From Daphnia carinata (taxonomy: Eukaryota), in contig NC_081333.1 in the NCBI RefSeq assembly GCF_022539665.2, positions 1,178,001 to 1,242,000 on the forward strand: a DNA stretch of 64,000 nt, read 5' to 3'. Positions 27,381 to 40,524 of the stretch are shown here, piece after piece. Numbering within the stretch: the stretch's first letter is position 1; the number at the start of each line of letters is the position of its first letter. Both the position numbers and the translations under genes were made by a program. The notes under the pieces are model-generated. The model searched no databases, was not told the origin of the DNA, and saw only the letters and a program-made list of their open reading frames with translations.

Positions 27381-30300
27381 CGTCGTTTGCGGTCGCGCTT
27401 CGGGAGAACAAGAAAAACAAAAACGGGAACACAGGAACCTTTTTTTTTTTTCATAGCAGCTGATCCCTTCTGGCAAAACCTAGCATCGGTTTTCCCCATT
27501 TTTTTTTTTGCAATGATTGCGTTGAACTTTGGTGAACTTGGAACCCCTTTTTTTTGGGGGGGGGGAGTTTATCGTGTCTTATTTGAATTTGTAATGCGCA
27601 GAACGTATGGCGAGTTGACAGGCAAACGAACATCATCTGTCGAAAACTAAGAGGAGTTAAGAAATTATTATAAAAAAAAAAAAAATAGTAATTTAATAGG
27701 ATTTTAATCGAGTCGTATTAACCGCATCGTTGTGGCGAAGGTTCAAGAAATAATTTGTTGGAAATTGATAATCACCGGTGCGCATCGCATTTCCCGTTGT
27801 GTTCGTCGTGTTTGTAGCCGTCGTAATTGAGAAATCATACGGTGTGTGATACCATTTCGTGATTATCGTTCGACTAGCAAACCAAACAAAAAAAAAAAAA
27901 ATAGTTTCATTTTTTTTTTTTACCGTTACCTTCAAAACTAACCGATGCGATGAGGCCTTTAAAAGCGTGAAATTCCAAGCGTTTCGAATCGTTAAAAAAT
28001 AGGCTCGTTTTCCTTTTTTAATACGACATACATAACGATTATTTTCCCCTTATTCTTTCATCTCCCATTTTTTTTTAATTAACTAACGTGTAGAGATATT
28101 GGGCGAAAAAAAAAAAGTAGTTAACAAAAAAAATGGAAATAAAAAATAAAAGTTCAATGGACCGCCCCGAAGCGCCTGTTGAAATGTGTGGCGTTCGTTT
28201 ATTATTGTAGAAAAATCCTTTTTCTCATATTCCTAGACAAGCATGCAAATGGGGAGGAGCGAGACTATCGACCTAGCCCTGAGAGAGTCATTTAAATAGG
28301 AAAAAAAAAAAAATATATACAGTATATATACGGTCGTTTCGAATAGGGCAGTCCCGATAATGGTGATTGTTTTCTGATGTGCTACGCTCTACGTTACCTA
28401 ACCACTGAGTGCCTCTAAAAAAAAAACGAGAAACAACAACAAACAGGAATCTTGTGGGCAAACTTTTCAAAAAGGAAGAAAAATAATATATATACTGTAT
28501 ATGTGTTACTTAGCTTATTGCCCTGTAGGGACCGTGTGCCCAACTGTGGCATTCATATGAAAATGGAAAGGAAAAGACCCAGTGCCGACAGCCAAACGAA
28601 ACGAACTTTTCCCATCGAAAGAAAATGCGATGGACTGCGTGCTAGCGTGCACCGTGTGCAATTCGAAGAGCAGCACTATCTCGGCCGTGATTCTATATGG
28701 TTATCATCATCGCCATTTCGTCCTTTTTTTGGGTTGGAGGAGGGCAGAGCCCATCTCGACCTAGTTACTTTGCGTTTTCCCTTTTCTTTTTGCCTTGGCC
28801 AAAATAAAAATAAAAAAAAACGGGACACGTCTCTCTCTAATATTGCCGTGATTTACCGGCTAAAAGAAACACATTAAATACCCACCATGCAAAACTAAAA
28901 AAGAAAAGCTCGCAAAAATAGTTTCGAAGCTGAAATGTCCGAAAATGTTCCAGATCGCAGCGTAAACAACGTTCCGGAAATGGTACAAGCGAACAAAAGG
29001 AAATACCACCGGTCGTCGCAAATGTAAATAAACCCGTCATAAATAAAAAAGAGAGAAAATCATAAAAAAAAGGGCTCAAAAATAATACTATAAAAGAAAG
29101 GTCCAGCTGTTCGATTTGACTTAGATGCTAATCCTCGCTCTCTTCGGGCTCGTTTGAATGGGAGCATGGGCGCGTCAGCTGCCGTTTAAAAGGGCGGAAC
29201 AAAGCGGCTTTCTTCTTTCTTGATTGCTGGGTGCGAAGGTTATAAGTTGCATGAAAAGGTGATGCTTTGACACGGTTCATTCAGAATGCTGCCTTCAAGG
29301 GGCCGCATGGAAGTAAATAGATGTGCCACGTCAAGAGATTTTCAAAGCGCGTGTCACGCACACAGTTGTGTGTAGGCTATGTATATATACGACGACTGCT
29401 GTTCTTGTTTCCGAACGGCCTGCTGCCTCCCTTTTTTTTTTTTTTTTCTCACTCAAAGAAAAAGAAAAAAAAAATGTTTTTTCTTTAAAAAGAAAGATGT
29501 CGTCAGCCAGACTTGCCAACTCGTTTTGAGGTTCAAACTTTTGACTTTTGAGTTTCTCCTTTATCGGGTCTTAATGGTCCCCTACGGTACGTCTGCCGTA
29601 GACTCGATGGTCATTATCATTGGTGAATAATGACCTCCCGTTTTGCGTTTGCCTTTTCTTTTTTTGGCCCCAACAAAAGATTCAAAGAGACGAACAGTTG
29701 GAAGCAGATGGAAAAATAGAGGAAAAAAACAAAGTTGCTTCATCTCTCCCGTACCGAGCCTTCCTTTTAAACACTTAAGGATTTGTGAAGCACGAGTAGT
29801 CGAGTTCAAACACCCGAATTTATGAAAAAGAAAAAAAAAAAGACAGATATATTTATATTTATTTTTTTTTTTTTTTTGTTGTTGTCACGCTCTACTTTGA
29901 GTTACAAGGAAAAAGAGACTTGGCTAACTGGCTGGCGCCATCTTGGCACCTTACGACTTTTTGTTTTAATTTTTTTTTTTTTAACGTCGACAGGAAGCCA
30001 AACTGGCAACCTTAAAAAAAAAAAAATTACATAATCATGATGAATTTCGAGAAACTAGATAAATCGTGTCAGACATTGTGCGTGTGTGCAATTTGTGTTG
30101 CGTCAACTGACAAAGGCAGAAAATGAGTTTCGGGTTATTATCTTTTTATGAATATCGTATATAAAAGGGTTTTACCAGCCTCCGCATCGCTAAATTTACA
30201 ATTGTTCGTGTCGTGATCGTTTAAAAAAAAGGCCGGAACAAAAGGGCACAGTGATTCGTGTAAAATGTGTAGTGTTATTTGTAACTACTCGTCTATTCCT

Positions 30301-31778
30301 CGTGTCACGATGGCAACAGGAGAAAAAAACAAAAAACAGCTACGTTCAATCATCTGTGAGATTTCGATCTGCTTTCTTGTATAGACCAGTGTTGTTGTTT
30401 TTTTTGTGAGTGCTTCTAACGATGAAAACAAAACAATCATAACGGGAGAAAAAACCTGTCTTGAAAGTTTACGTCTGTCAATCGTCGAACAGTTCGATTA
30501 AAATCAAAGTTCCCTGATTTTTTTTTTTTTTGTCTTTTTCTATGGAACACTTGCGTGACATGACAAGTTGAAGGAGCGTAGTCAAATCGTGACTGTGGTG
30601 GACGAAACAAATGAATTCGATAACGAAGAAAGGGCGACGACATAGCGGGTTCTCTGACATTTCCTCGTTCATTTGCCGTTTCTGATTTTTGCCAGGGAAA
30701 CTTAAGAACGAAATGGAAAGACGGCACGACCGTTATGCAGTAAGACGTATGTTGAAAGATAAAAATAAAAAGGTTGGACGTCTGTACATAACAATGGCAA
30801 AGATATCAAAAGATCGTTCGAAACAGTTGAGGGATATTCGTCTGTAAACGTAGACAAGCTTTGCATGTCTGGAAATAAAAAGAGAAGTGGCACTCGCAAA
30901 GATGAAGAGCTTCAAACCGAACAACGCCCATAACGTAAGAGGATAGTAGACAAACCAAACAAAAACGAAATTCTTGTCACTACACTAGTCCGCCTGCGTC
31001 AGAGGTTTATTGTGTCATCCACACACGAAAAGAAAAGAAGAGGTTTATTTTAATACTTAAGCCGATGCGGTTTCGAATAGAACTATTTATTGTAGTCCGA
31101 GTCGGTTTCCCTTTTAGACAATGGATGACGTAGTCTTGCTGCACTAGCAGGCCATGACACCATAGCTGTAACGGTGGAACGTTTTTTTATTATCTCATTT
31201 CATATTCCTCGCAAAGAAGGCATAGCCATCTCACCTGCATGTTTTTTTTTTTTTTTTATACATCCAGTGTGCGTATATAATGTTACAAGCTCATTTCCAA
31301 TTTACCTAATTGGGGCCTCAGACCTTTCAGTTCCCAAGTTAGGCACGCACGAGAAAACAAAAACAAAAACAAACAAGATTTATGGCAAAACACACTCGGA
31401 AAAAATTGGAAAACAATATCCAAATAAATTATAAACCACACACGAAAAGTTCCTGTCTTGATTTCCAAAACAGAGTGACAGTTAAATTGCAAAGACATCA
31501 TCAGGTGACTTGGCTTTTGGATATAGCTATTTCAATCATCTAGCGGTAAAAAAAAAAAGAAAGGCCTTTAGGCTGTTTTTTTTTTTAACTAACGTGCATG
31601 TCATGTAAATAACACACACACACACACCAGTCGATCAAGATGTATATTCTACATCATAAATATTTCATAAGGTGTTGTTGTTTTTTTTAAAAGATAGAAA
31701 TACAAACGTGATTTTTTTTTGTTTTTTTTTTTGTTTCGTTCAGGAAGGATTGAAACGAGCCCCTGCCAAAAGGACAAC

Positions 31779-33423
31779 ATGACACCGGTTGGCTATGAAC
31801 GAAGGTGCGGTGGTGGTGCACGTCGATTTTTTCTGGTTCTCTTCTGGATCGTTCTGGTGACAGTCACATCCAATTGCGAGGCAGGTGCTCAGCGGGATGC
31901 AGACAGAAAGCAGGCCCGGCTCAAGGATCAACAAATGTCGCACAGCGGGAGCGAGGAGGACACGTTAGTTGAGGCCAAACTGGAGAATATCTGCGACATT
32001 CAGTCGTCGCTTTCGGCTTATTGCATATGCGACAGTCTCTCGCTGCACGACGCCAATGAAGCCAAGTGCTCCGTCTTCAACGTCAGTGATCAGAACGATT
32101 CGATATGGGAGTCGTTCAAAACGCAGGCCGGCCTGCAAGAGCTGCAACTCAACGTGCACGAAGATGGCCGACTGAATTTCCTGCCAGCTGTGGCTCTGCG
32201 TAATCTACCCGATCTGACGTCACTACAGGTGCGTGACGCCACCATCGACACACTGGCATCACAAACGTTTGTCGAGGTGACGCAATTGCACGAGCTGCGG
32301 CTCAACCGCAACAAGGTAAGCACATTAAACAAAACATTATGAAGTTTAAAACGTGTTCGATTTTCAATGAAAACAATCGAAATGTTTTAGATTCGTCACA
32401 TTCGACCCTTCGCGTTCCAAGGTTTGTCCAGGACAGTCGAATTGGAGCTGAGCAATAACGAACTGAGCAGCTTGGAAAGGGGCGTCTTCGCTGGATTGGA
32501 CAATCTACGAAATCTGTACCTCGACGGCAACAACATCTCGCTGGTGGAGGACTCTGTTTTCCAGAACTTGCGCAAACTGGAAGAGCTCGACCTGTCTGGA
32601 AATAGCATCGCCGTGTTGACGGGCGAGACGTTGATGGGCCTCCAGCAACTCAAGAAGCTCATCCTACGCGGCAATCAATTGGCTATCGTGGGCGATCACA
32701 CGTTCGCTCACGTCGCCAATCTACGTCGACTCGATCTCAGTTCCAATCAGCTGCAAGTCATCCGCCAACAAGCGTTGGCCGGCCTCCGGCATTTAAACAA
32801 TCTCGATTTGTCCCGCAATCAATTAAAAGGACTCGACAAATCCGCCATGTTGCCCATTTGGTCGAATTTAGTCAACAGTTCCATGACGTTCTCCATAGAA
32901 GGTGAGGATATTTGTAAAATGTTTTGCTTTTCTAAACAACATTGAATGATTGGAATGTTTTTTTTCAGGCAATCCATTGCTGTGCGACTGCCGATCATTG
33001 TGGATTCTCAGGGATCTCAGGATGTCCAGCACGAGCGTCAGCGTGAATGCGGGCATTGACCGGTTGAATTGCACCGGCCTTGCCAGTGGTAGTTCTTCGA
33101 CGAATCTCATTACTTCCCTTTCAGTCCTCGATTGCCGGCCGCCTTCCGGATCGACGGCGACGACCAGAAGGCCGTCAAGAGGATCGACCACGTCTACCTA
33201 CGTGGAGGAGGTACCGAAATTGCCGGTGATGGTTGACGACAGTAGCGCCTCGTTACAGTTGTCGAGCCCCGTTGAAAGCAAAGAAGTTCGGCCGCAAGAT
33301 CCGGTTTCTTCCGCCGCCACCAACACGGCCCTTCCGGAGCAGGGATCTTCGGCGCCCACAGTTGGTCTCCCCATCGCCACCATTTGTTTGTCCTTCGTTT
33401 TCGCGTCTACCGTGTTATTGTGA
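31779..33423 (+). CDS. Connectin-like leucine-rich-repeat, probably GPI-anchored, cell-adhesion protein, ~500 aa
   Basis: Exons are 31779-32315, 32391-32901 and 32969-33423 (GT-AG, in frame). The protein has a signal peptide (FFLVLFWIVLVTVTSNCEA), a Cys cap NICD...YCICD...AKCSVF resembling insect Connectin, tandem LxxLxLxxN repeats, an LRRCT (GNPLLCDC..W), a Ser/Thr-rich stalk and a hydrophobic C-terminus with no cytoplasmic tail. Confidence 0.85.
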
Positions 33424-34937
33424 ACTCGCACAAAGCAATGTTCTAAATGATTCTTTTGAAAGGAGAGATATACGTTGACAACATGCGTTTACCATAAACC
33501 ACTGCCAAAACGCACGGCCAATTGTTTTCTCAGATAGAACACACATTTTCTCTTCTTTTTTTTTTTTTTATTTTGAAATTGACAAACAAATTGAAAAAAA
33601 AAAAAAAAATTATGGAGCCCAGGGTAAAGAAAAGATAAATGGGGTAGAAATCCACCATGATTCCTAATTCCTATATTGGTCAACACTTGGGATTTTCTGA
33701 ACTTCTTCTCAAGTTCTTTTGTGTTTTCCTCCTTAATTTCATATTTTTTTTTCCTTACAGAATATTATAATTTGTCCTGATTATTGTGGTATCTTGCGTA
33801 TCTTCTTCCAATTATCTATTTTTTTTTTTGTTTGTTTCCGTTCTCTTTTTGTTCGTTTCATTGTTTGAAATCGATCCTGATTTTGACGCAATGTGTCTGT
33901 GATGTTTCGCTTGCATGACTAAAGTTCTGATGATCCATTATTCTGGAGGAAAAAAATATGACTTAAGTATGGCAAGAGAATTAGTTAAAAAAAAAAGAAA
34001 TAAATGATTACCCGCAGAAAATAACGAGGGCAACACATGATAACGAGAGCGTGAATAAGACGTACCGTATGTCAGAACAGAAGAGCCTCTCAGATTAAAA
34101 GAAAAAAAAATTCAATTGAAGTACAACATAAATTATAGGCTATATTTACAGCAGTATACGTTCGTACACACCTGTTGCTTGCACCTCTTTTTTTTAAATT
34201 CCATCAGGCCATCGTATAAATCTCAATTTTTTTTTTTTTTTTTGGCCAACACGATGAGTCCAGATGGCAGGCACAACGTCAAGCCTCCGGTACAAAAAGG
34301 GCTATGTTCTACTTTCATTTACTGGAGACCTCGGTAGTGTTCTTCTTGTCGCACCCCAAGTGTTCCGTCGCAAACCGTATTCGCCTTTTTTTTTTTTTTT
34401 TTTAGGACTTTGCATATTTTAAAAAATACATCCATTGTCGATAAATGTAGCTGGTTAAGGGAAAAGTAAAGATTAAAAAAAAAAAAAAAAAGAACCTGCA
34501 GATGCGCCAGGAGCGAGTAGAACACGGACAAGTCAATTGAATGAAATAAAATGCCATGTTCCCCCGACTCCATCAAACATGTAATAACCAAGCTAAAATA
34601 AATCTGAATTCGATGTAAATATTTTTGTCGTAACATCATGTATTTTCTACATATTTTTTTTTTTTTTTTTTTTTTTTTTTCGTTCATTTTTGCTTGTTTT
34701 TATCAGCTTCTTATTCTTTTCCCTTCTTTCATTTTTCGTAGAAAATATAATCATCAACGTTACGAAAGTCGTAATTTTATTCATTTCGCCGTGGCATGGG
34801 AAGGGCGATCCGGTTTGACGCGGAGACCACGCACGTGATTTATCGATTAGAAAATGTGATACGCCGGACTGGAATTGGTGTGGATGGAAATGAATTTAGA
34901 AAGTCACTGTCATTGACTGGTCGAACGGCCAAACTCT

Positions 34938-34938
34938 A

Positions 34939-34978
<40 letters not shown>
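34938..34978. repeat. (CT)n microsatellite; others include (TG)n ~14840-14860, (AC)n ~18190-18214, (TG)n ~24770-24790 and (AC)n ~27348-27375
   Basis: Dinucleotide runs are directly visible, and many long poly-A/T runs occur across 13-38 kb. Confidence 0.95.
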
Positions 34979-34981
<3 letters not shown>

Positions 34982-37900
34982 GATGTGATGTAGAAACAAA
35001 CCCCCTCCCCCAAAAAAATGCAACTCAAATTTCATAATATTGGATTTCCATATGCGAGTGAGACTCGCTTTCTATAGTCCACTCAGCGTCGAAACATTGT
35101 CAGACATTGTTTTGATTTCTCACGAGCCGCCCAAGTTGTACGGGATTTTTTGCACGCTAACTAAGAAGGGAGAGATGTATATGGAGATGCAAAAAGAGTG
35201 ACGTAATCAGGGTGGAGTTACAGTTTCAGAGGGAGGGGGGGGGGGGGGATATAGAATTGCATTTCTTCAACATGAGCTTGTGTCATATTTTGCGCTCCTG
35301 GCAGCGTGATCGAATCAACAGCAAACAGTGCGCGTCTGTATAATGCAGTCTGACAGCTGCCATTCCATATTCATAAGCGCCCTTAAGCAGCTTTTTGGGA
35401 GGTATAACATGGCAGCTTGTAAAAGAACGAAAACAAGGCTTCAACCCTTTTGATAATACCGAGAAATTAATTGACAATTCATGTCCTCACAAAAAATCTA
35501 AAGTTTTCTATTATTTTGTTTCGAGATTTTAGAAGAATGTTAAATCTGACGTTAGTGAACGGAGCGCATCTGTCCGCCCATTTACAAGTTCAACCGCCCA
35601 CCTTGCGATTTGCATATTATCTGTCCATCACACATAAAAAAAATATAATCAAAAATGTTTTTTTTTTTTTCTTTTTCTTTCTGTAAACCGTTTATTAATA
35701 AAGTTTGGCGCCATCGTTTTAAAAACCGCCTCTGTGTGTCATCGACTTTTTTAGATGCGCGATAGAAAACTAGCCGGCCCTCAAAGGAAGCATGGCGGAA
35801 CTGTGACAGAATTGATAGATCGATTGTTTTCCAACTGAGATTTTCAGATTAGGAAAAACATTTTGCCATTTCTGATTGCTTGAAATTCATTACGTTTGTC
35901 TCTAGTTTTAAAGGCGTTCCCTGGTTGGAACGAGCGTCATTAGAATAATCAAAACTCTTACCCAAAAACGAAAGCCAATCAACTGCTATACTTGAAAAAA
36001 AAAAAAACAGGGAAAAGAAAAAAAAAATGATAAATTTCGATTTGAATTATCGATAGACTTTGATCTGCGGAAAGAACGAGTTCATTTTGACAGACGTGAT
36101 GGAACGGCTGGAAAACACAGTCGGTTACATTGAAAGCGTATTTTTACAATCAGTTGTGGGATCATCACACAGGCAGCCACACGGAGTACAGATCAAAAGA
36201 TTGTTTTTTTTTTCCAGATTCACACTCGTAGAACAGCTAGGTCTTATGTCGTGGCGTAGGAAATCGATGAGCGATTAGGGCGTGCCCTAAACATTTTTCT
36301 TGTTTCACCCTTCAATTTGGACAATAGGCCAGATATTTCCGGAGTGATGTGGTAGATAGTATTTTTTTTTTTGAGAAAAACAATGTAAGAACGATGTCTT
36401 CCATAATTTCAACGGTCAGATAAGCCTTAAGAACAGAAAACTTTATAAAATTGGAAGCGTAAGAAAACCGTGGGCGTAGAGGTGATCAATTCGAGACGGT
36501 GCACATCAGAGCGTAAAAGAAAAAAAAAAAACGTATACCAAATAGAACTCGAAAACGAAAACTTGGGGTCACCACTCATGTCCACCTTTTTGTCGCCATC
36601 GAGTTTTACACAAGCTCGATGATGGAAACGCCATGCCTTTATGGGGGACGACAGCCTTCTTGTAAAGGTTGTTCCACCAGTTCGAACACCTCTAAATCTT
36701 ACACCTTTTCGAGCGTAACGCGTGTAAAAGAACGAGCTGTGTATAGCCCACACTTTCCGAGAGGGCATCCTAAATAAAAAAAATAAAAATAAAACTACTC
36801 GTTACTCTCGCCAGTCTCAACTGTGTACCGCAGGCTATAGTTGGGGTTTGTTGTATCTATTTACGTTTTCTAGCTCTTGTTTTTTTTTTGAATTTAATTT
36901 CAACGGTTTGCATCAGCTCAATTCGGGTTGTGCTGTTGCATCACGCCCAATTCTCCTGTTTCCGGCGTGATCGACGAATACAATTTATGCTCGAAATCAA
37001 AACGATGAATGAAACGGGATACATCAGTGTCTCATGTCGTATATTTTATTAACAATCGGTCGGGAGAAACGGACGGCTCACTCGTAAATCAACAATGACA
37101 TTGTAAATTTTTAGCCTCTGTACCGAATATAGTGGTCACTGTCGATAAACAAATACGAGTGCATCGAAGAGGGGCACAGCCACTTGGCTATTCACTTAAC
37201 TCAATATTTTAAGAAATCATTACAATTCGTGGCGGTGACAGTGTGACTCAAGAATAAGCGCAGCCCCACCAAAAGAAAGAAATCCTATATGGGATGATGT
37301 CTTTGTTGATTTTTGGCTGGGAACCTCTATTGGTCATCTCTAAAGTTGGCTTAGTAAAGATAAACTTCAAAGAAATTGAACAAACAAAAGATCATTTCAA
37401 ACTCTCTTCGAGCTCAGAGAACACCGTGCATTTCTCATCTTTTGGATACAGCAGCGCACCTACAGCAAAGAGCAGCAGGTCATCGTTAAGCAAGTCAAAA
37501 AAAAAAGAAAGAAAGAAAAATCAAACATCTAGAAGGTACAAAAAGTGACCATTGCGATGACTTTAGATATCGGAACGCAATCTATGCTTGCACTGTGTTC
37601 CATGACCAAGCTCTTTTTTTTTTTTTTTTCCTTTTGAGTTAAAAAAAAAAAAAAAAGGATTGGTCAGTGAAGCGGAAGGGCGTAAGAATGTCGTAAAAAT
37701 TGTGTGACAGATTGGGAAGACTTTCAAAATTCTATACACCAGCATTTATGGCCTTTTTTTTCGTAAGAAAATCAACAGACAATAGAACCTCATCGTAGAG
37801 GTGATTGCGCTCAGCCTGGGAGTTACTACCAGTTCTTCTTTCTCTCTCTACGTTGGGTCTTTATATCTGCATTTTTTTTTTTCTGTTATTATTCTTTTCA

Positions 37901-39619
37901 GTTTCGTTGGGGTATCCTCTTTTTCTCGGTAGATCATTCGAAGCTGCTTTTGTGTCTATTTCTGTGGAAGAAAAGAGCGCCGCATAGAATGCAGCGGGTT
38001 GCTATAAAAAAACAAAACAAGTATTTTTCCTCAGTTGAATTTTATTTTTCTTTCTTATGATTGAAAAGAAACCAAAAAAAAAAAAAAAATATACATAGAA
38101 GGACTCGATGCGCAAGAGAGCCCCTTCTCTGGGTTGTACCCTGGCCAGCTGAATATGCGAGACATGTTACACCGAAATCGGAATCCCACAGTAAATTTCC
38201 CCCTATTGAGAGCGTTTTGAGTGCGCGCTCGTAAATTGCCACCGAGTACGTGAAATGCTATATATTTTCTTGGTAAACGCCCATCATTCATAGCTGTGTT
38301 ATATACGTCAGCATTCAACACTGGGTAACTCTACATACAATTAGGCGTATATGTAGTTTTAACGTTTCGTATTTCAAGAGAGAACAAACAAATAACAAAA
38401 AATGCATAACCCCTCGATTAGCACTGGAGACGATCTGTTTTTAACCGAAGCGAAACTGCTGGAAGTGTTTCAACAGTTGTGTTTTACGTTTCGTTATGGT
38501 TAAGGCTGCGTACTATTATTTCCGATACTTTTATATCATTGACAATGAGGAGTAAGCAATTAACATCTTAACGTTCTGAAATAAACTGCCATTCGTCTGA
38601 GTCGGACAGTTACATCGTACCGCTTCTTGGCTTTATATTGTTCTAATCGATTACTATAATCAATAGAGATCTTGCGCGGTTGTGTGATGGGCACGTCCGA
38701 GTTATGCGCGTTATAGCAAATCGCATAGCTTTAAATGTAAACGTGACTTCCACTCCGAAAAAAAGGATTAGAAATAATCAAACACAACAATGCAGGTAAC
38801 GTAGTCAAGTTAACATAGTCAGTCAACCGCATATTTTCAGGCAGGGTCATCAAACTGCTCTGGATATACTTAGCCGTTACAGGTTTGTAAGGTTGATGGC
38901 CTTCCTGAACGCTAAAACTCGATGGTGTGTCTTCTCGTTTTACGTCCACCCAGCTAGGCTGTTCTTCATCAATGTCTGGACAGGTCCTATCTTCTGAAAC
39001 AGTCGAATACAGACGTCCGTCTCATACATAAACTCAAAACAATGACAGCTCTCGTCAACCAGCAGAAGCAGCTGTTGGGATTGCTTCAGCTTGATTGTGG
39101 TACCCCCCCCCCCCCCTTTCTCAAAGCGCATAATATCGGAGCCAATCTCACCGCCTTACATGTTGGACGAATGCTTTTGTTGGTTTCAAAGATCATCGCC
39201 CAACAAGCTCTTTTACTCGGACCAAGTTACAGTCTTCATCGTTCTCTCGTAGGAAGTGCTTGACGTTCCACCTGGGTGGGTCGCTAGGAAATATGAGAGG
39301 AATTTTTGGAGCCGTGTCGTATATTGCAGAAATAAACGTGGCTCGACAGGCAGGCGAACGCTGCGTGACAGTTGAAAAGGGCCGCGGGAACGTGAGTGGC
39401 GGTTGTTACTAAGGGCTGCATAATAGATGGCGTTTGCATGCTCCATAGTCATAATATTCGTGCTGGCGAAAGTTGCGTAACATCAACCGATATGCTTCCG
39501 CAATTAGATAGTTGGGGTATTTATATGCATTAATAGGTTATTTCACGGCAAAATGTAACTAATTTTGCAATTTTTTAGTTTAATCATGCATAGTTTGCTA
39601 TAATAGCATAAGCCATATA

Positions 39620-39810
39620 AAAGTCGGCCATATTTTGTCGGATTTATTTTGTCGGGCTTATTTTTTTAAACTGTTTTTTTTTTTTACAATTTGGAATTTA
39701 AATGTTGACTTGAATTCGATGAAATCTAACCCAAAATTGAACGCTGAATCCTAATAAAATGTTGGATTTCCCATCCATTAAGCGGTTACTGAATAAGACG
39801 GAATAAAACG
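39620..39810 (-). repeat. Dispersed ~200-bp repeat (copy 2, inverted)
   Basis: AAAAGTCGG..TATTTTGTCGGATTTATTTTGTCGGGCTTATTT is the reverse complement of the AATAAGCCCGAC sub-repeats at 50548-50592. Downstream AATAAAATGTT and AATAAGACGGAAT match the other copies. Confidence 0.55.
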
Positions 39811-40053
39811 AGAGCTTCGCTTTATTACAGTGTATAATAGCTTACCATAAAACTAACCACAACTCAGCAAGTAATACCGCAAGGAGAAAGGCAATTTAAC
39901 AAGTACAATAAAAATTGCTTAACAAAATCTCTATTTTTTTTTAATGATTGACAAATAAGCGATGAACTGGTGGCCACTTAAGTAAACCAACTCGAGCTGT
40001 CAAGGCTGTTGCAAACGTTCTTTATACACTAAATCACACAGGTCAGGTTTTCT

Positions 40054-40524
40054 TCAGACGACAACGTTTTCGTAATCGAGCACCGTGATCTGACATTCGA
40101 TACGCAGCTGATCGTTGACAAAGAGTTTCTGTTTCATCTCCATCAGTTTGTTCCAGCTGAAGAGGATGGTGGGATTCTGTCGGGCCACATCCAATTCAAA
40201 GTTCATCTGTCCATGATCTTCGTATTCGAAGTTTCCATCCAAGTTGACAATGCCGAAACGATAGGCAACGCAAGCCCGGTTAAACACGGACGATATCATC
40301 TGTAGGGATAGCGATGAGCTGCAGACGTCTCTCAGATTCATCACGAGCTGCCACTGGTATCCGCCCCGTTTCAGGCCGAAGACGGGCGACTCGAACGTCA
40401 GGCCTTTAACACGCGATTCGAAACGCTCCACGTTCTCTAAAATCCATTCGCATGACAAAGACTTTTCCACAAGACGAGACACTATCCGAACGCTCTCGAC
40501 CAACCGATGGGGTACCTCTGACAT
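40054..40524 (-). CDS. Stand-alone MATH (TRAF-like) domain protein, SPOP-like, single exon, 156 aa
   Basis: ATG in CACCATG context. MATH-like pattern: CEWILENV, FESPVF...WQLVM, SLSLQM, YRFGIVN, and FSWNKLME...LFVNDQLRIECQITV, which resembles the SPOP MATH C-terminal LL.DDKLTLFCEV motif. The stop follows the domain directly, with no BTB domain. Confidence 0.75.
   Translation of the reverse strand: MSEVPHRLVESVRIVSRLVEKSLSCEWILENVERFESRVKGLTFESPVFGLKRGGYQWQLVMNLRDVCSSSLSLQMISSVFNRACVAYRFGIVNLDGNFEYEDHGQMNFELDVARQNPTILFSWNKLMEMKQKLFVNDQLRIECQITVLDYENVVV

Noticed and set aside
13000..31700. Conserved miRNA or ncRNA genes in the large non-coding interval
   Set aside because: I recognised no known mature miRNA or long hairpin by eye. 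This cannot be excluded without Infernal or miRBase searches.
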